DNA of 64,000 nucleotides. It comes from Gammaproteobacteria bacterium (GTDB taxonomy: Bacteria; Pseudomonadota; Gammaproteobacteria; GCA-001735895). Shown here one piece after another: positions 32,065-43,195 of this stretch; the stretch's first letter is position 1, and each line of letters opens with the position of its first letter. Where the stretch lies: contig JALSKD010000177.1 of NCBI GenBank assembly GCA_026989015.1, positions 401 to 64,400 on the forward strand, in the 5' to 3' direction. The notes under the pieces are model-generated. The model saw only the letters and a list, made by a program, of their open reading frames with translations. It did no database searches and was not told the DNA's origin. The position numbers and the translations under genes are program-made.

Positions 32065-32445
32065 CTAGCCTGTCTCCAGCACCACCATCGCCACCGCATA
32101 GTGTTTCTCATCGGACAGCGACAACAGGCTGTTGACGACACCCCGCTGCCGGAGCAAATCCGCCGCTCCCCGGTGGAAACGCAATTCCGGCTTGCCGTCG
32201 GCCGTATTGCTGACCTCGATATCGTGAAAGCCAATGCCTCGGGCGATGCCGGTGCCCAGCGCCTTGCTGGCCGCTTCCTTGGCCGCGAAGCGTGATGTCA
32301 GATAGCTCGCGCTGCGGTGACGCTGCAGATAGACGGCAAATTCCCGCTCGGTGAGGATACGCCGCGCGATGCGGTCTCCGAAGCGCTGCTGCAGGCGTTC
32401 GAAACGCGCGGTTTCGGCGATGTCCACCCCGATGCCGGCCAACAT
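32065..32445 (-). CDS. acpS: Holo-ACP synthase
   Basis: GIGVDI, RFAAKEAASKALGTG, LSLSDE. Confidence 0.96.
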   Translation of the reverse strand: MLAGIGVDIAETARFERLQQRFGDRIARRILTEREFAVYLQRHRSASYLTSRFAAKEAASKALGTGIARGIGFHDIEVSNTADGKPELRFHRGAADLLRQRGVVNSLLSLSDEKHYAVAMVVLETG

Positions 32446-33191
32446 CAGACTGCCGTCAGGCCGCGCGCCTCGAGCATCAAGCGCTTCATTTCGCGCACCG
32501 ATGCCGCCAGTCCGCGAAACACCGCATCGGCGATGATCGCGTGGCCGATGTTCAGTTCCACCAGCAACGGATTGGCGGCGATGGCCTGCACATTGTGGTA
32601 GTTGAGTCCATGCCCCGCATTGACCTGCAGGCCGCGTTCATGGGCATAGGCAATGGCGTGTTCGATGCCTCGCAGCAAGGCCGGCTGATCGGCAGGCAGT
32701 GCATCGGCAAAGTGGCCGGTATGGATCTCCACCACCGGCGCGCCGCAGTCCACCGCGGCATCGATCTGCGCTTCATCGGCATCGATGAACAGCGACACCC
32801 GGCTGCCCACCGCGGCCAGTCGCTGACAGGCCTGCTGCACGCGCTCGAACTGTTCGACCACATCCAGCCCGCCTTCGGTGGTCAGTTCCTCGCGCTTTTC
32901 CGGTACCAGACAACAGTCCTCCGGCTGCAGCGCCTCGGCGAAGGCGATCATCGCGTCGGTGACCGCCATCTCCAGGTTGAGCTTGGTCTGCGTCATCTCC
33001 TTGAGCAGGCGTGCGTCGCGTTCCTGGATGTGACGTCGGTCCTCGCGCAGGTGGAAGGTGATCGAGTCGGCCCCGTGCTGTTCGGCGATCAGCGCGGCGG
33101 TCACCGGGTCCGGGTAGCGGGTGCCGCGCGCCTGGCGCAGGGTGGCCACATGGTCGATATTGACGCCCAGCAAGAGCGGGGGAACGGTCAT
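32445..33191 (-). CDS. pdxJ: Pyridoxine 5'-phosphate synthase
   Basis: [35 protein letters not shown]. Confidence 0.97.
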   Translation of the reverse strand: MTVPPLLLGVNIDHVATLRQARGTRYPDPVTAALIAEQHGADSITFHLREDRRHIQERDARLLKEMTQTKLNLEMAVTDAMIAFAEALQPEDCCLVPEKREELTTEGGLDVVEQFERVQQACQRLAAVGSRVSLFIDADEAQIDAAVDCGAPVVEIHTGHFADALPADQPALLRGIEHAIAYAHERGLQVNAGHGLNYHNVQAIAANPLLVELNIGHAIIADAVFRGLAASVREMKRLMLEARGLTAV

Positions 33192-33886
33192 CGGTCTCTT
33201 CTCGTCAGCTGCAGAAACAGTGAGCGTGATTGTAGCTCCCGCCCCGCCAGGTTGGAATCGATGATTTGCCGCAACGCGCGCCGCGCCAGGTCGCGGACTT
33301 CAGGTACCTCGAAATGACGCGCGGCCAGCGAACACCACAGACGGCCCGGCGCCGAGTCCGGTCGGGGTTCTGCGCAACGGCTCAGTCCACCCGCAGGATC
33401 CAGAACATAGTCGGCCTGAGGCGCCAGCTCGGCACCCGCGCGGTCACGGTCCAGTACGGGCATGAGACCAAGCACTTCGAGCAACTCGATCTCGAAACCG
33501 CGCAACGCGGTCTGCAGGTCATCCCTGCCGAACGAGAGCAACAGGTGCTGGTAGTGCGCGAACAGACCGGGCAAGGGGTCGAAACGGACCGTCAGCGCGA
33601 TCAGCAGTTCGTTGACATAGAACAACGGCAGGTAGCAGTCCGGCGGCAACGGAATGTGACGGCTTTCGATGGCGGACAGGGTTTTCAGCTCTCCCTGCCC
33701 GCGCCAGCCCACCGACAGGCGGCAGCCGGGCTGGAAGCTGCCGACATCCTTGCGCCTGCGCGCGCCCTTGGCGAGAACGCCGACCCGCCCGTGATCGGCG
33801 GTGAGCAGTTCGAGAATCAGGCTGCTGTTGCTGTAATCGCGGCGGTGCAGGATGAACGCCGGCTGGTCGTCCACCCGCGCGGTCAT
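33188..33886 (-). CDS. recO: DNA repair protein RecO
   Basis: [30 protein letters not shown]; position era-recO-pdxJ. Confidence 0.93.
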   Translation of the reverse strand: MTARVDDQPAFILHRRDYSNSSLILELLTADHGRVGVLAKGARRRKDVGSFQPGCRLSVGWRGQGELKTLSAIESRHIPLPPDCYLPLFYVNELLIALTVRFDPLPGLFAHYQHLLLSFGRDDLQTALRGFEIELLEVLGLMPVLDRDRAGAELAPQADYVLDPAGGLSRCAEPRPDSAPGRLWCSLAARHFEVPEVRDLARRALRQIIDSNLAGRELQSRSLFLQLTRRDR

Positions 33887-34773
33887 TGGTCCGTATAGCC
33901 GAAGGCCGTCAGTGACTGCTCGTCGTCGGACCAGCCTTCCCGCACCTTGACCCAGAGCTGGAGGAACACCTTTTGCCCGGCCAGCCGTTCGATGTCGGCC
34001 CGAGCTTCGCTGCCGATCTGCTTCAGCTGCTGCCCGCCCTTGCCGATGATGATGCCCTTTTGCGACTTGCGTTCGACCCAGATGGTGGCGGAGATGCGCA
34101 GCAGATCCTTGTCCTGCTGGTAGTGATCGACACTGACCGTGAGGGCATAGGGCAGTTCCTGGGTCAGGCGGCGAAACAGCTTCTCGCGCACGATCTCGGC
34201 GACGATGAAGCGCATCGGGCGGTCGGTGAGCTGGTCATCGGGAAACTGGGGCACGCCAATGGGCAGACGTTTCTCGATTTCTTCGACCAGATGATCGAGA
34301 TTGTCACGCTTCAATGCCGATACCGGAATGATCTCGCGGTCCGGCGCCAGTTCAGCCAGTTTCTGGATTACCGGCAAAAGCGCCTGCTTTGGCAGCGTAT
34401 CGATCTTGTTGAGGATCAGCAGCACCCGGTCATGGGCCGGCAGCCGCTCCAGAACCGCCCGGTCCTCATTGTCGATGCGACGCGGATCGAGCAGCACGCA
34501 GACCACATCCACATCGTCGATGACGCTGCTGGCGGCACGGTTCATGTAGCGGTTGATGGCTTTCTTCTGATCGCGGTGCAGCCCCGGCGTATCGACGAAA
34601 ATGCACTGGCAGTGCTCGGTCGTGCGGATCCCGAGGATCTGGTGCCGCGTGGTCTGCGGACGGGGCGCGGTGATCGACAGTTTTTCGCCGATCAGGGCAT
34701 TCATCAGGGTGGATTTGCCGGTGTTGGGCTTGCCGATCAGCGCAACAAACCCGCAGCGAAAGGCGTCAGTCAT
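33883..34773 (-). CDS. era: GTPase Era
   Basis: GKPNTGKST, PQTTR, DTPG, NKID, KH domain IIGKGG. Confidence 0.96.
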   Translation of the reverse strand: MTDAFRCGFVALIGKPNTGKSTLMNALIGEKLSITAPRPQTTRHQILGIRTTEHCQCIFVDTPGLHRDQKKAINRYMNRAASSVIDDVDVVCVLLDPRRIDNEDRAVLERLPAHDRVLLILNKIDTLPKQALLPVIQKLAELAPDREIIPVSALKRDNLDHLVEEIEKRLPIGVPQFPDDQLTDRPMRFIVAEIVREKLFRRLTQELPYALTVSVDHYQQDKDLLRISATIWVERKSQKGIIIGKGGQQLKQIGSEARADIERLAGQKVFLQLWVKVREGWSDDEQSLTAFGYTDQ

Positions 34774-35449
34774 GGGCTCCGGCGGTCTGCTTGAGGGCGA
34801 TCGAAGCCGCCATCTGCTCGGCACGCTTGCGGCTGTTGCCGGTGCCGGTGGTGACCAGGTTCAGGCCGGGGATGCGGCATTCCACGGTGAAGGTCTGGTC
34901 GTGGGATTTGCCTTCGGTCTTGACCACCTGGTAGACCGGCAGTGGCTGTTTCACGCTCTGCAGGTATTCCTGGAGACTGGTCTTGGGGTCTTTCAGGCTT
35001 TTCGGCTCCGGCAGGGTGACCAGGTAATCCTCGTAGAGGTAGTGGATGGTCTTGCGCACCTGGTCGAAGCCGCCATCGAGGTAGATGGCGCCGAAGATAG
35101 CTTCCATGGCATCGGAGAGGATGGAGGCACGGCGAAATCCGCCGCTCTTCAGCTCGCCACTGCCCAGTTGCAGGTATTCACCGAGGTTGATGTCGCGGGC
35201 CACGGTAGCCAGCGCCTCCTCCTTGACCAGACTGGCCCGGATCCGGCTCAGCTCGCCCTCGGTGGCCTGCTTCAGGCGCTTGAACAGATGTTCGGAGATG
35301 ACCAGCCCCAGCACGCTGTCGCCGAGAAACTCGAGGCGTTCGTTGTTGAGCGACTTGGAATAGCTGCGGTGGGTGATCGCCTTTTGCAGCAGACCCTCGT
35401 CCCGGAACTGATAGTTGAGAACGACCTGCAGTTTCTTCAGTGATGTCAC
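34766..35449 (-). CDS. rnc: Ribonuclease III
   Basis: NNERLEFLGDSVL, C-terminal dsRBD (DPKTSLQE..AEQMAA). Confidence 0.97.
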   Translation of the reverse strand: MTSLKKLQVVLNYQFRDEGLLQKAITHRSYSKSLNNERLEFLGDSVLGLVISEHLFKRLKQATEGELSRIRASLVKEEALATVARDINLGEYLQLGSGELKSGGFRRASILSDAMEAIFGAIYLDGGFDQVRKTIHYLYEDYLVTLPEPKSLKDPKTSLQEYLQSVKQPLPVYQVVKTEGKSHDQTFTVECRIPGLNLVTTGTGNSRKRAEQMAASIALKQTAGAHD

Positions 35450-35826
35450 TTGTTGATATCCACCGAATGGACGAAGTGAGCGCCGATGAACATGCGGTCA
35501 AAATACGGCTTGCGGGCTTCGTAATCCACGGTCATGGTGGTGACCCCGTCCTTGCGCACGAACTTGAAGTTTTCGCGCTTGAGGCCGTAGACGGAGTTGA
35601 TCCTGAGCTGGTTGGCCAGGGCAATCCAGAGATCCCGCTTGGAACGCGGGTCGATGGCGTTGCCTTCCTCGGCCCTGCGCTCGACCGCTGCCATCGCGTT
35701 CTTCACGTTCATGAAATCGAGGTAGAGCGGCAGGATCTTGAAACCGGTGACGACGATGAAGGCGAAGATGGAGATGACGATGATCCAGCCGAGGGTGGTC
35801 ATACCGTTTTGATGCTGATGGTTCAT
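35446..35826 (-). CDS. DUF4845 family protein
   Basis: Pilin-like QNGMTTLGWII N-terminus; usual position between lepB and rnc. Confidence 0.85.
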   Translation of the reverse strand: MNHQHQNGMTTLGWIIVISIFAFIVVTGFKILPLYLDFMNVKNAMAAVERRAEEGNAIDPRSKRDLWIALANQLRINSVYGLKRENFKFVRKDGVTTMTVDYEARKPYFDRMFIGAHFVHSVDINK

Positions 35827-35868
35827 TGCGGGCAGCCCTGTCGTTGTCTGAGATGATTCACGCGGCCA

Positions 35869-36690
35869 TCATTCGCCGGGTGTGTAATCCGTCGGAAGTC
35901 CTCCGATACGGGACAAGTCTAGCCCACTGCCGCCATTGCGCCAATCCCAGTGCATCCAGATACCCACGGCCTTGCCGACCAGGTTCTTTTCCGGAACGAA
36001 TCCCCAATAGCGGCCATCGTTGCTGTGATCCCGGTTGTCGCCCATGACGAAATACTGCCCCTCGGGGACCACCAGCTCGCCATCGGCGCTGTAGGGCACC
36101 TTGGGATCGGTCATCATCAGATGGGTCACTTCATCGAGGGTTTCCCGGTAGACATCGGCGCCCTTCATGCTCTCCGGTCCACTGCCCTGCCCGGCGTACT
36201 TGCCGACATATTCCACCGGCAGCGGCTTGCCGTTGATGGTGAGCCGACGGTTGTAATACTGGATGCGGTCGCCCGGCAGACCGATCACACGCTTGATGAA
36301 GTCCAGCGACTCGTTCTCCGGGAAGCGGAACACCATCACATCGCCCCGCTTCGGCTTCTCGCCCTCGGTCAGTTTGGTATGCAGTACCGGCAAACGCAGG
36401 CCGTAGTCGTACTTGTTGACGAGAATGAAATCACCCACCAGCAGTGTCGGCATCATCGATCCGGAGGGGATGCGAAAGGGCTCGTAGAGGAAGGAGCGCA
36501 GCAACAGTACCACCAGCAGCACGGGGAAAAAGGATTTCGCGTATTCGACGATCACCGGTTCGCGGGACGCGACGCCGGTAGCGGCCTGTTGCTGCCGTTT
36601 GCGTGCGAAGAACAGACTGTCGATGGCCCACAACAGACCGCTGAACAGCACCGCCATCACCAGGAAAAATTCGAAGTCAAAATCGATCAT
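35869..36690 (-). CDS. lepB: Signal peptidase I
   Basis: EPFRIPSGSMMPTL, FIKRVIGLPGD, MGDNRDHSND. Confidence 0.96.
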   Translation of the reverse strand: MIDFDFEFFLVMAVLFSGLLWAIDSLFFARKRQQQAATGVASREPVIVEYAKSFFPVLLVVLLLRSFLYEPFRIPSGSMMPTLLVGDFILVNKYDYGLRLPVLHTKLTEGEKPKRGDVMVFRFPENESLDFIKRVIGLPGDRIQYYNRRLTINGKPLPVEYVGKYAGQGSGPESMKGADVYRETLDEVTHLMMTDPKVPYSADGELVVPEGQYFVMGDNRDHSNDGRYWGFVPEKNLVGKAVGIWMHWDWRNGGSGLDLSRIGGLPTDYTPGE

Positions 36691-36715
36691 TGAAAGGTCC
36701 TTGCCTGAAAAAGAA

Positions 36716-38515
36716 TCACTTGTTGTCCACTTGCAACACGGCGAGGAAGGCATCCTGAGGAATCTCCACCTTGCCCACCTGTTTCATGCGCTTCTTGCCC
36801 GCCTTTTGCTTTTCCAGCAGCTTCTTCTTGCGGGTGACATCGCCACCGTAGCACTTGGCGGTCACATTCTTGCGCAGCGCCTTCACATTGGTGCGCGCAA
36901 TGATGTTGGAGCCGATGGCGGCCTGTATCGCCACATCGAACATCTGTCGCGGAATCAGCTCCTTCATCTTGCTGGCCAGCTCGCGGCCACGGTATTCGGC
37001 ATTGTCGCGGTGCACGATGATGGACAACGCATCCACCCGCTCGCCATTGATGAGGATGTCCAGCTTGACCAGATTGGACGGCTCGAAGCGCAGAAACTCA
37101 TAATCGAAGGACGCATAGCCCCGGCTGACGCTTTTCAGCCGGTCGAAGAAGTCCAGCACCACCTCGGACAGCGGCAGCTCGTACTCCAGCTGCACCTGAC
37201 TGCCCATGTACTGCACCTGTTTCTGCACCCCGCGCTTCTCGATGCACAAGGTCATGATATTACCGATATAGGCTTCCGGGGTGAGGATGTTGGCACGGAT
37301 GATCGGCTCACGGATCTCCTGGATCTTGTTCACCGGAGGCAGTTCGGCCGGGTTGTGGATCTCGATCACCTCGCCGGCGGTGGTCTCCACCTGGTAGATG
37401 ACCGTCGGCGCGGTGGTGATCAGGTCCAGGTCGTATTCCCGCTCCAGCCGTTCCTGCACGATTTCCATATGCAGCATGCCCAGAAAACCGCAACGAAAAC
37501 CGAAGCCCAGCGCCTGGGAGGTCTCCGGTTCGAAGTGCAGCGCGGCGTCGTTGAGCTTGAGTTTCTTCAGTGCCTCGCGGAAATTCTCGTAGTCGTCGGA
37601 GCTGACCGGGAACAGCCCGGCGAATACCCGCGGCTGCACTTCCTTGAAGCCGGGCAACGGCTCGCTGGCCGGGTTCCGGCTCAGGGTGATGGTATCGCCC
37701 ACGCGGGCCGACTCGATATCCTTGATGCCCGAGATGATGTAGCCCACCTCTCCGCAGCCGAGCCGCTCGGTGTCATGGCGCTTGGGGGTGAACACGCCGA
37801 CCTTCTCCACCAGGTATTCCTGCCCCGACGACATCATCATGATCTTCTGCTTGGGCGCGATGCTGCCCTGCATCACCCGCACCAGGGTGATCACCCCGAC
37901 ATAACTGTCAAACCAGGAATCGATGATCAACGCCTGGGTCGGCGCTTCCGGGTCGCCTTCGGGCGGCGGAATCTTTTGCACCAGCTGTTCGAGCAGGTCG
38001 TCGATCCCCTGCCCGGTCTTGGCACTGACCTCGATGGCCTCGGAGGCATCGAGCCCGATGATGTCTTCGATCTCCTGCTTGACCCGTTCCGGGTCAGCCG
38101 CCGGCAGATCGATCTTGTTGAGCACCGGGATCACTTCCAGATCCATGTCGATGGCGGTATAGCAGTTGGCCACGCTCTGCGCCTCCACGCCCTGGGACGC
38201 ATCCACCACCAGCAGCGCGCCCTCGCAGGCGGCCAGCGAACGCGACACCTCGTAGGAGAAATCCACATGGCCCGGGGTGTCGATGAAATTGAGCTGGTAG
38301 GTCTCGCCATCGCGAGCGGTGTAGTGCAGCGATACCGATTGCGCCTTGATGGTGATGCCGCGTTCGCGTTCCAGATCCATCGAGTCCAGCACCTGCTCGT
38401 CCATCTCGCGCTCACTGAGCCCCCCGCAGACCTGGATGAAACGGTCGGCGATGGTGGACTTGCCATGATCGATGTGGGCGATGATGGAGAAGTTTCGGAT
38501 ATTCTGCATCCGCAT
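36716..38515 (-). CDS. lepA: Elongation factor 4
   Basis: [33 protein letters not shown]. Confidence 0.98.
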   Translation of the reverse strand: MRMQNIRNFSIIAHIDHGKSTIADRFIQVCGGLSEREMDEQVLDSMDLERERGITIKAQSVSLHYTARDGETYQLNFIDTPGHVDFSYEVSRSLAACEGALLVVDASQGVEAQSVANCYTAIDMDLEVIPVLNKIDLPAADPERVKQEIEDIIGLDASEAIEVSAKTGQGIDDLLEQLVQKIPPPEGDPEAPTQALIIDSWFDSYVGVITLVRVMQGSIAPKQKIMMMSSGQEYLVEKVGVFTPKRHDTERLGCGEVGYIISGIKDIESARVGDTITLSRNPASEPLPGFKEVQPRVFAGLFPVSSDDYENFREALKKLKLNDAALHFEPETSQALGFGFRCGFLGMLHMEIVQERLEREYDLDLITTAPTVIYQVETTAGEVIEIHNPAELPPVNKIQEIREPIIRANILTPEAYIGNIMTLCIEKRGVQKQVQYMGSQVQLEYELPLSEVVLDFFDRLKSVSRGYASFDYEFLRFEPSNLVKLDILINGERVDALSIIVHRDNAEYRGRELASKMKELIPRQMFDVAIQAAIGSNIIARTNVKALRKNVTAKCYGGDVTRKKKLLEKQKAGKKRMKQVGKVEIPQDAFLAVLQVDNK

Positions 38516-38589
38516 GTCAGCGAGGCACCGGTAGGAAAAAGACAGCGAATTTTACGGGAAAGTGCGGCAAAGCGACAGCGGGGAAAGCC

Positions 38590-38835
38590 TCAATCTGCAG
38601 AGACGGCGGCCAGCGCAGCGCGCAGCGCCGTTTCGTCGAGGAAATAGTGGCAGATCTCCTGTTCACCCAGGCTCAGCACCGGCACCCGGCTGTCGAAACG
38701 GCGGACGAGGCCGACATCGCGATCGATGTCGACCTCGTCGGTCTCGAAACCCAGTTCGGGTTGCAGCCTCATCAACGCGCGACGGAAGTCATCGCACAGA
38801 TGACAGTTCTCGCGGTAGTACAGCGTCAGCCTCAC
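38590..38835 (-). CDS. Glutaredoxin-like protein (DUF836)
   Basis: LYYRENCHLCD, VDID, VPVL. Confidence 0.85.
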   Translation of the reverse strand: MRLTLYYRENCHLCDDFRRALMRLQPELGFETDEVDIDRDVGLVRRFDSRVPVLSLGEQEICHYFLDETALRAALAAVSAD

Positions 38836-40247
38836 CGTTTCGGTTTGATGGCGAGGAAGATCGGGCTGCCACGGCGGTGGATCAGGATCGCCACCGACTT
38901 GCCGGGCTTGAGGGACTTGACCAGTCGGTTGAAGTCCTCGGCCGATTTGACCGGGCGGTTGTCGATCATGCTGACCACATCACCCGGCTTGATTCCGGCT
39001 TCGGCGGCCGGGCCATCGGCATCGACCGCCAAGACCTGTACGCCGGAATCCACCTTCAGTTTCTTCTTCGCGGCATCATCCAGCGGCTTGACCGACAGGC
39101 CCAGTGCCGATTCTTCCATCGGTTTTTCTTCCGGCGCCTGTTCCGGCTCGCCGGTATCGGTTTCGCTCGGCAACTGTTCGATGCGCACCTTGAGGGTCTT
39201 GCGCTTCTTGTTGCGGATCACCACCACCTCGGCCGTCTTGCCGACCGGGAAGCGACCCACCAGCGGCGGCAGCGCGCTGGAACGGGCGACCTTCTTGCCG
39301 TTGAATTCGACGATCACATCGCCAACCCGCAGTCCCGCCTTCTGCGCCGGGCTGTCGGGCATCACCTTGGCCACCAGGGCGCCGTGCGGGGTTTCCATGC
39401 CGAAGGATTCGGCCAGATCACGGGTGACTTCCTGGATCAGCACGCCCAGCCAGCCACGGGAGACACTGCCCTTGGTCTTGATCTGCTCGGCCACATCCAT
39501 CGCCAGCTCGATGGGAATGGCGAAGGACAACCCCATGAAACCTCCGGTACGGCTGTAGATCTGCGAATTGATGCCGATCACCTTGCCATCGAGGTTGAGC
39601 AGCGGCCCACCGGAGTTGCCCGGATTGATCGCCACATCGGTCTGGATGAAGGGCACATAGTTGTCGCTCGGCAGGCTGCGTCCCAGCGCGCTGACGATGC
39701 CGGCGGTCACCGAATGGTCGAAACCGAAGGGCGAACCGATGGCCAGCACCCACTGGCCGACCTTGAGCTTCTCCGAATCGCCGATGGTCACCGTCGGCAG
39801 ATCCTCGTCGGCGTCGATCTTCAGCACCGCGATGTCCGCCGCCTTGTCGGAGCCGATCACCTTGGCCTCGTACTCCTTGCGGTTGGACATGCGCACGATC
39901 ACCTCATCGGCGCCATCGACCACATGATGGTTGGTCAGGATGTAGCCGTCCTTTGAAATGATGAAACCGGACCCGAGCGAATTGGACTCCCGGTCCGGAA
40001 TGCGGAGATTGCCGTCAGGGTCGAGAAATTTCTTGAACAGCTCGCCGAAAGGCGAATCCTCGGGCAGATCCGGGATCTGCAGGTGTTTCTTCAGCGTCGA
40101 TGCCCCGATTTTCTTGGTGGTCGAGATATTGACCACGGCATCCTTGGTTCTCTCGACGATGCCGGTGAAATCCGGAAGCTGGGCGAACAGGCTCGCGCTG
40201 AACAGCAGCAGGCTGATCGAAAACAGTTGGAGTAGAGGTCTTTTCAT
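38832..40247 (-). CDS. mucD: DegP/MucD serine protease with two PDZ domains
   Basis: LGSGF, TNHHV, IQTDVAINPGNSGGP; downstream of rseC. Confidence 0.92.
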   Translation of the reverse strand: MKRPLLQLFSISLLLFSASLFAQLPDFTGIVERTKDAVVNISTTKKIGASTLKKHLQIPDLPEDSPFGELFKKFLDPDGNLRIPDRESNSLGSGFIISKDGYILTNHHVVDGADEVIVRMSNRKEYEAKVIGSDKAADIAVLKIDADEDLPTVTIGDSEKLKVGQWVLAIGSPFGFDHSVTAGIVSALGRSLPSDNYVPFIQTDVAINPGNSGGPLLNLDGKVIGINSQIYSRTGGFMGLSFAIPIELAMDVAEQIKTKGSVSRGWLGVLIQEVTRDLAESFGMETPHGALVAKVMPDSPAQKAGLRVGDVIVEFNGKKVARSSALPPLVGRFPVGKTAEVVVIRNKKRKTLKVRIEQLPSETDTGEPEQAPEEKPMEESALGLSVKPLDDAAKKKLKVDSGVQVLAVDADGPAAEAGIKPGDVVSMIDNRPVKSAEDFNRLVKSLKPGKSVAILIHRRGSPIFLAIKPKR

Positions 40248-40324
40248 TGCAATTCTCGGTTCAATACTTTGGAAATGGACTCAATGCGTGTGATTACAGG
40301 TGCCCTGCACGGGGATGTGCCGTG

Positions 40325-40741
40325 TCAGGTCCGGCGCAGCACCCGCGGCCGGGTTTCGCGGCGACGCGCCATCCAGCGCGCCAGACCAAGACCGGCGAAC
40401 AATCCCGTCAGGCCCGCCAGAGCGGTCCAGCCATCCGAGCCGCCGGTCAGTGCATCGCCCACCAGGGCAAACACGATCAGGCCGAACAGCGGTGTCAGGT
40501 AAAGGATGAGACCGGCGCTGACCAGCTGACGCTCGGCCAGTCCCAGCACCACCCGATCAGCCGGTTGCAGGTCATGGGCCGGGATCGTCAAGCGGCGCTT
40601 GCGCTCGCCGAACAGGCGCCCCAGGCTGCCCATGCCGCATCCGCCGCGCAGCGAACAGGAAGAACAGCCTTCTTCATGCTGTACCTCGAGTTCGGCCTGC
40701 CCGTCGAAGATGCGGGTGACACGGGCCGGTTGCTCAATCAT
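40325..40741 (-). CDS. rseC: RseC/MucC family protein
   Basis: CSSC..GGCG motif, YLTPL, two TM helices. Confidence 0.9.
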   Translation of the reverse strand: MIEQPARVTRIFDGQAELEVQHEEGCSSCSLRGGCGMGSLGRLFGERKRRLTIPAHDLQPADRVVLGLAERQLVSAGLILYLTPLFGLIVFALVGDALTGGSDGWTALAGLTGLFAGLGLARWMARRRETRPRVLRRT

Positions 40742-41730
40742 GACGCACCCTCGTCGCGGAATACCGCTTCGGCAATGCGCTGCACCGTGTGCAACGGTGC
40801 CTCGCCAATGGCGGTGATGTTGACCTTGCCACGGCGCAGGCCAAAGGCATTGACGGCGCCCATGGCGGTCGCGCCCTCCAGCGCCCCTTCGGTGGCCGGC
40901 TCGATGAACACGGAAACCGAGGACATGCCGTCGGAAAGCACCATCTGCTGGACGAAGCCGTCACGATCGACACGCTGCTTGCGGTAGGCGGCCTCGAGAC
41001 GGAACCCCTCGGGCAGGTCTTCCAGTTTCCAGCGCGGGTCCGCCGCCACCCGGGCGGTGTTGTCGCCGGTATGGGACTGCACCCGCGCATAACTGTTGTC
41101 GACAGGCGGCAATAGCTTCAGCAACGCGGCGTCACCGGACTCGATCGGCTCGATCTGTACGAACATCACCTGTTCCCGCTTTTGACCCAGCTCGTCGAGC
41201 AGCACGGACTGCAGCATCAGCTTGCTGTCTTCGGCAATCCACAGCTTGAGGCCATAGCGCAGGTCGTCATTGGGCAGGATCGAAACGATCACGGCGGCCA
41301 GGTCGGCGATCCGGTCACGCCCCTCCACCGCAAAGCGGTAATGCTGCTGCAGCCGTTGCAACTCGCGGGGCACCCAGATCGGCGACAGCCGCCGCGCAGA
41401 GCTTGCGGTAAAGCGGTCGATGATGACCTGCCGGCTGTCGGGCCAGACACAGGTCAGGTTCTCGTTTTCGCGCAGCACCTCCCGGGCCTCGCCGTTGAGC
41501 GAGCGCAGCCGCTCACGGACGCCGCTGCCGTCATTGATGTGCAGCAGCGACAGGCTGTCGATGCGCCCGTCGTGGGCGAACACGAAGCGGCCACGATAAC
41601 TGAGTTGCTGCATCGCCTGCGCCATGTCACGCAGCCAGCCCAGCGCCTCGGCATCGCTGGCGGCGCGGGCGGCCTGAGTCAACGGCAGCGCGGTGATGAA
41701 CAGCAGGATGCAGAGGGTACGGCGCTTCAT
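40738..41730 (-). CDS. rseB: RseB/MucB periplasmic regulator
   Basis: LSYRGRFV, ERLRSLNGEARE, SDGMSSVSVFIE, IGEAP. Confidence 0.92.
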   Translation of the reverse strand: MKRRTLCILLFITALPLTQAARAASDAEALGWLRDMAQAMQQLSYRGRFVFAHDGRIDSLSLLHINDGSGVRERLRSLNGEAREVLRENENLTCVWPDSRQVIIDRFTASSARRLSPIWVPRELQRLQQHYRFAVEGRDRIADLAAVIVSILPNDDLRYGLKLWIAEDSKLMLQSVLLDELGQKREQVMFVQIEPIESGDAALLKLLPPVDNSYARVQSHTGDNTARVAADPRWKLEDLPEGFRLEAAYRKQRVDRDGFVQQMVLSDGMSSVSVFIEPATEGALEGATAMGAVNAFGLRRGKVNITAIGEAPLHTVQRIAEAVFRDEGAS

Positions 41731-41733
41731 CGC

Positions 41734-42390
41734 TCAGTTCTGCGCTCCGGCGGCCACCACCCGCACCTGCGGGATAATGCCCTGCAGCGATCCGGCGTAC
41801 TGGTTGTGATCGACCAGATAGCCATTGAGCTTGCGCTTGATCGCGGCGTTGTCGCGACGCACCGGAAGACTGCCGGTCGCCTCGCGTCCGGCGGGCGTGC
41901 CGCTGCCGGCAGCCGAGACCTTCACCGACGGAGCCAGCACCGGCAGCTGGGCCAGTTGCTCGATGCGCGGATCACTGGGCACCGCACTGCTGCTGGCGGT
42001 AACCACCGGCGCGGAGACGCCCGACGGCCCCGGGCTGCGGGTCAGCGAGGTCACCGCGACAAAGGCGACAGCCACCGCCACCGACAGGCCGGCGGCCGGA
42101 CGCAGCAGCGAGGACCACCAGGAGGCAGCGGCCTTGCGGGGCCGGTCCTGAGCGACCGCTGTTGCAGGCGGCATGTCCAGCTGCTCGATGTGCGCCATCA
42201 CGCTGGCGGAGAAATCGGCCTGGATGCGCTCCGGCAGTTCATGGCGCATGACTTCGCCGATCATCTGGTAGCGCTGCCAGCGCGCGCGTTCATTGACATC
42301 GGCCAGTACCCGATCGAGGGCTGCGCGGTCGTCGTGGTCGCCTTTCCAGTCGTCCAGCAGGCCGGACAGCATTTCCTGTGGTTCGTTCAT
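41734..42390 (-). CDS. rseA: Anti-sigma-E factor RseA/MucA
   Basis: LSGLLD..WQRYQMIGEVMR, one TM helix, LNGYLVDH. Confidence 0.9.
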   Translation of the reverse strand: MNEPQEMLSGLLDDWKGDHDDRAALDRVLADVNERARWQRYQMIGEVMRHELPERIQADFSASVMAHIEQLDMPPATAVAQDRPRKAAASWWSSLLRPAAGLSVAVAVAFVAVTSLTRSPGPSGVSAPVVTASSSAVPSDPRIEQLAQLPVLAPSVKVSAAGSGTPAGREATGSLPVRRDNAAIKRKLNGYLVDHNQYAGSLQGIIPQVRVVAAGAQN

Positions 42391-42452
42391 GAGGCTCTAC
42401 CTGAGTTCATGTTGATATGGGGTGTTTCCCGTCTGTAGCTCGTGACCCTTAG

Positions 42453-43028
42453 TCATTGCAACAGCGGTCTTAGTTCCTTGTCGATGGCATCGCGGGCGCG
42501 GAATATGCGCGAGCGCACGGTGCCGATCGGGCAGCCCATGACCTGGGCGATGTCTTCGTAGCTCAAACCTTCGAGCTCGCGCAGCGTGATCGCGGTCTTC
42601 AGGTCTTCGGGCAGGTTCTCGATGGCCTTGAATACGGTCCGCTTGATCTCCTCGGTCAGCAGCAGGTTTTCCGGGTTGTCGTATTCCTTGAGTCCGCTCT
42701 CGCCAGCGAAATGTTCGGCATCCTCGACATCCACCGACCAGGTCGGGCTCTTGCGACTGCGCGACGCCAGATGGTTCTTGGCGGTGTTGGCCGCGATGCG
42801 GTAGATCCATGTATAGAACTGGCTGTCGCCGCGGAAGTTGTTCAGTGCGCGGTAGGCCTTGATGAAGGTCTCCTGCGCCACATCCTGGGCTTCGGACGGA
42901 TCCTGCACGAAACGCGATACCAGATTGATCACCTTCTGCTGGTACTTGCGCACCAGCAGGTCGAAGGCGGCCTTGTCGCCTGCCTGTGCGCGCCGTACCA
43001 GTTCGCTGTCCAGTTCTTCCGACCCCAT
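42453..43028 (-). CDS. rpoE: ECF sigma factor RpoE/AlgU
   Basis: AFDLLVRKYQ, DVAQETFIKAYRAL, FYTWIYRIA, CPIGTVRSRIFRAR. Confidence 0.97.
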   Translation of the reverse strand: MGSEELDSELVRRAQAGDKAAFDLLVRKYQQKVINLVSRFVQDPSEAQDVAQETFIKAYRALNNFRGDSQFYTWIYRIAANTAKNHLASRSRKSPTWSVDVEDAEHFAGESGLKEYDNPENLLLTEEIKRTVFKAIENLPEDLKTAITLRELEGLSYEDIAQVMGCPIGTVRSRIFRARDAIDKELRPLLQ

Positions 43029-43090
43029 GCAAAAACCCGTGTGTGTGACGATTGTTATACGATGACGCCGCCCCTCCCTGCGGCGCATCA

Positions 43091-43117
43091 TCTGACCGGC
43101 AATATACCAAAAGATTC
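43091..43117 (-). promoter_or_regulatory. Possible sigmaE-dependent promoter of rpoE
   Basis: Minus strand GAATCT-N16-TCAGA resembles the GAACTT-N16/17-TCTGA consensus. Confidence 0.45.
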
Positions 43118-43195
43118 TCGGCGCCCCGCAAAAAAATCCTTTTTGCCGGCGCCCTGTCGTAAAATGCCTGCACATACCGCCATTTCAAGACGGCC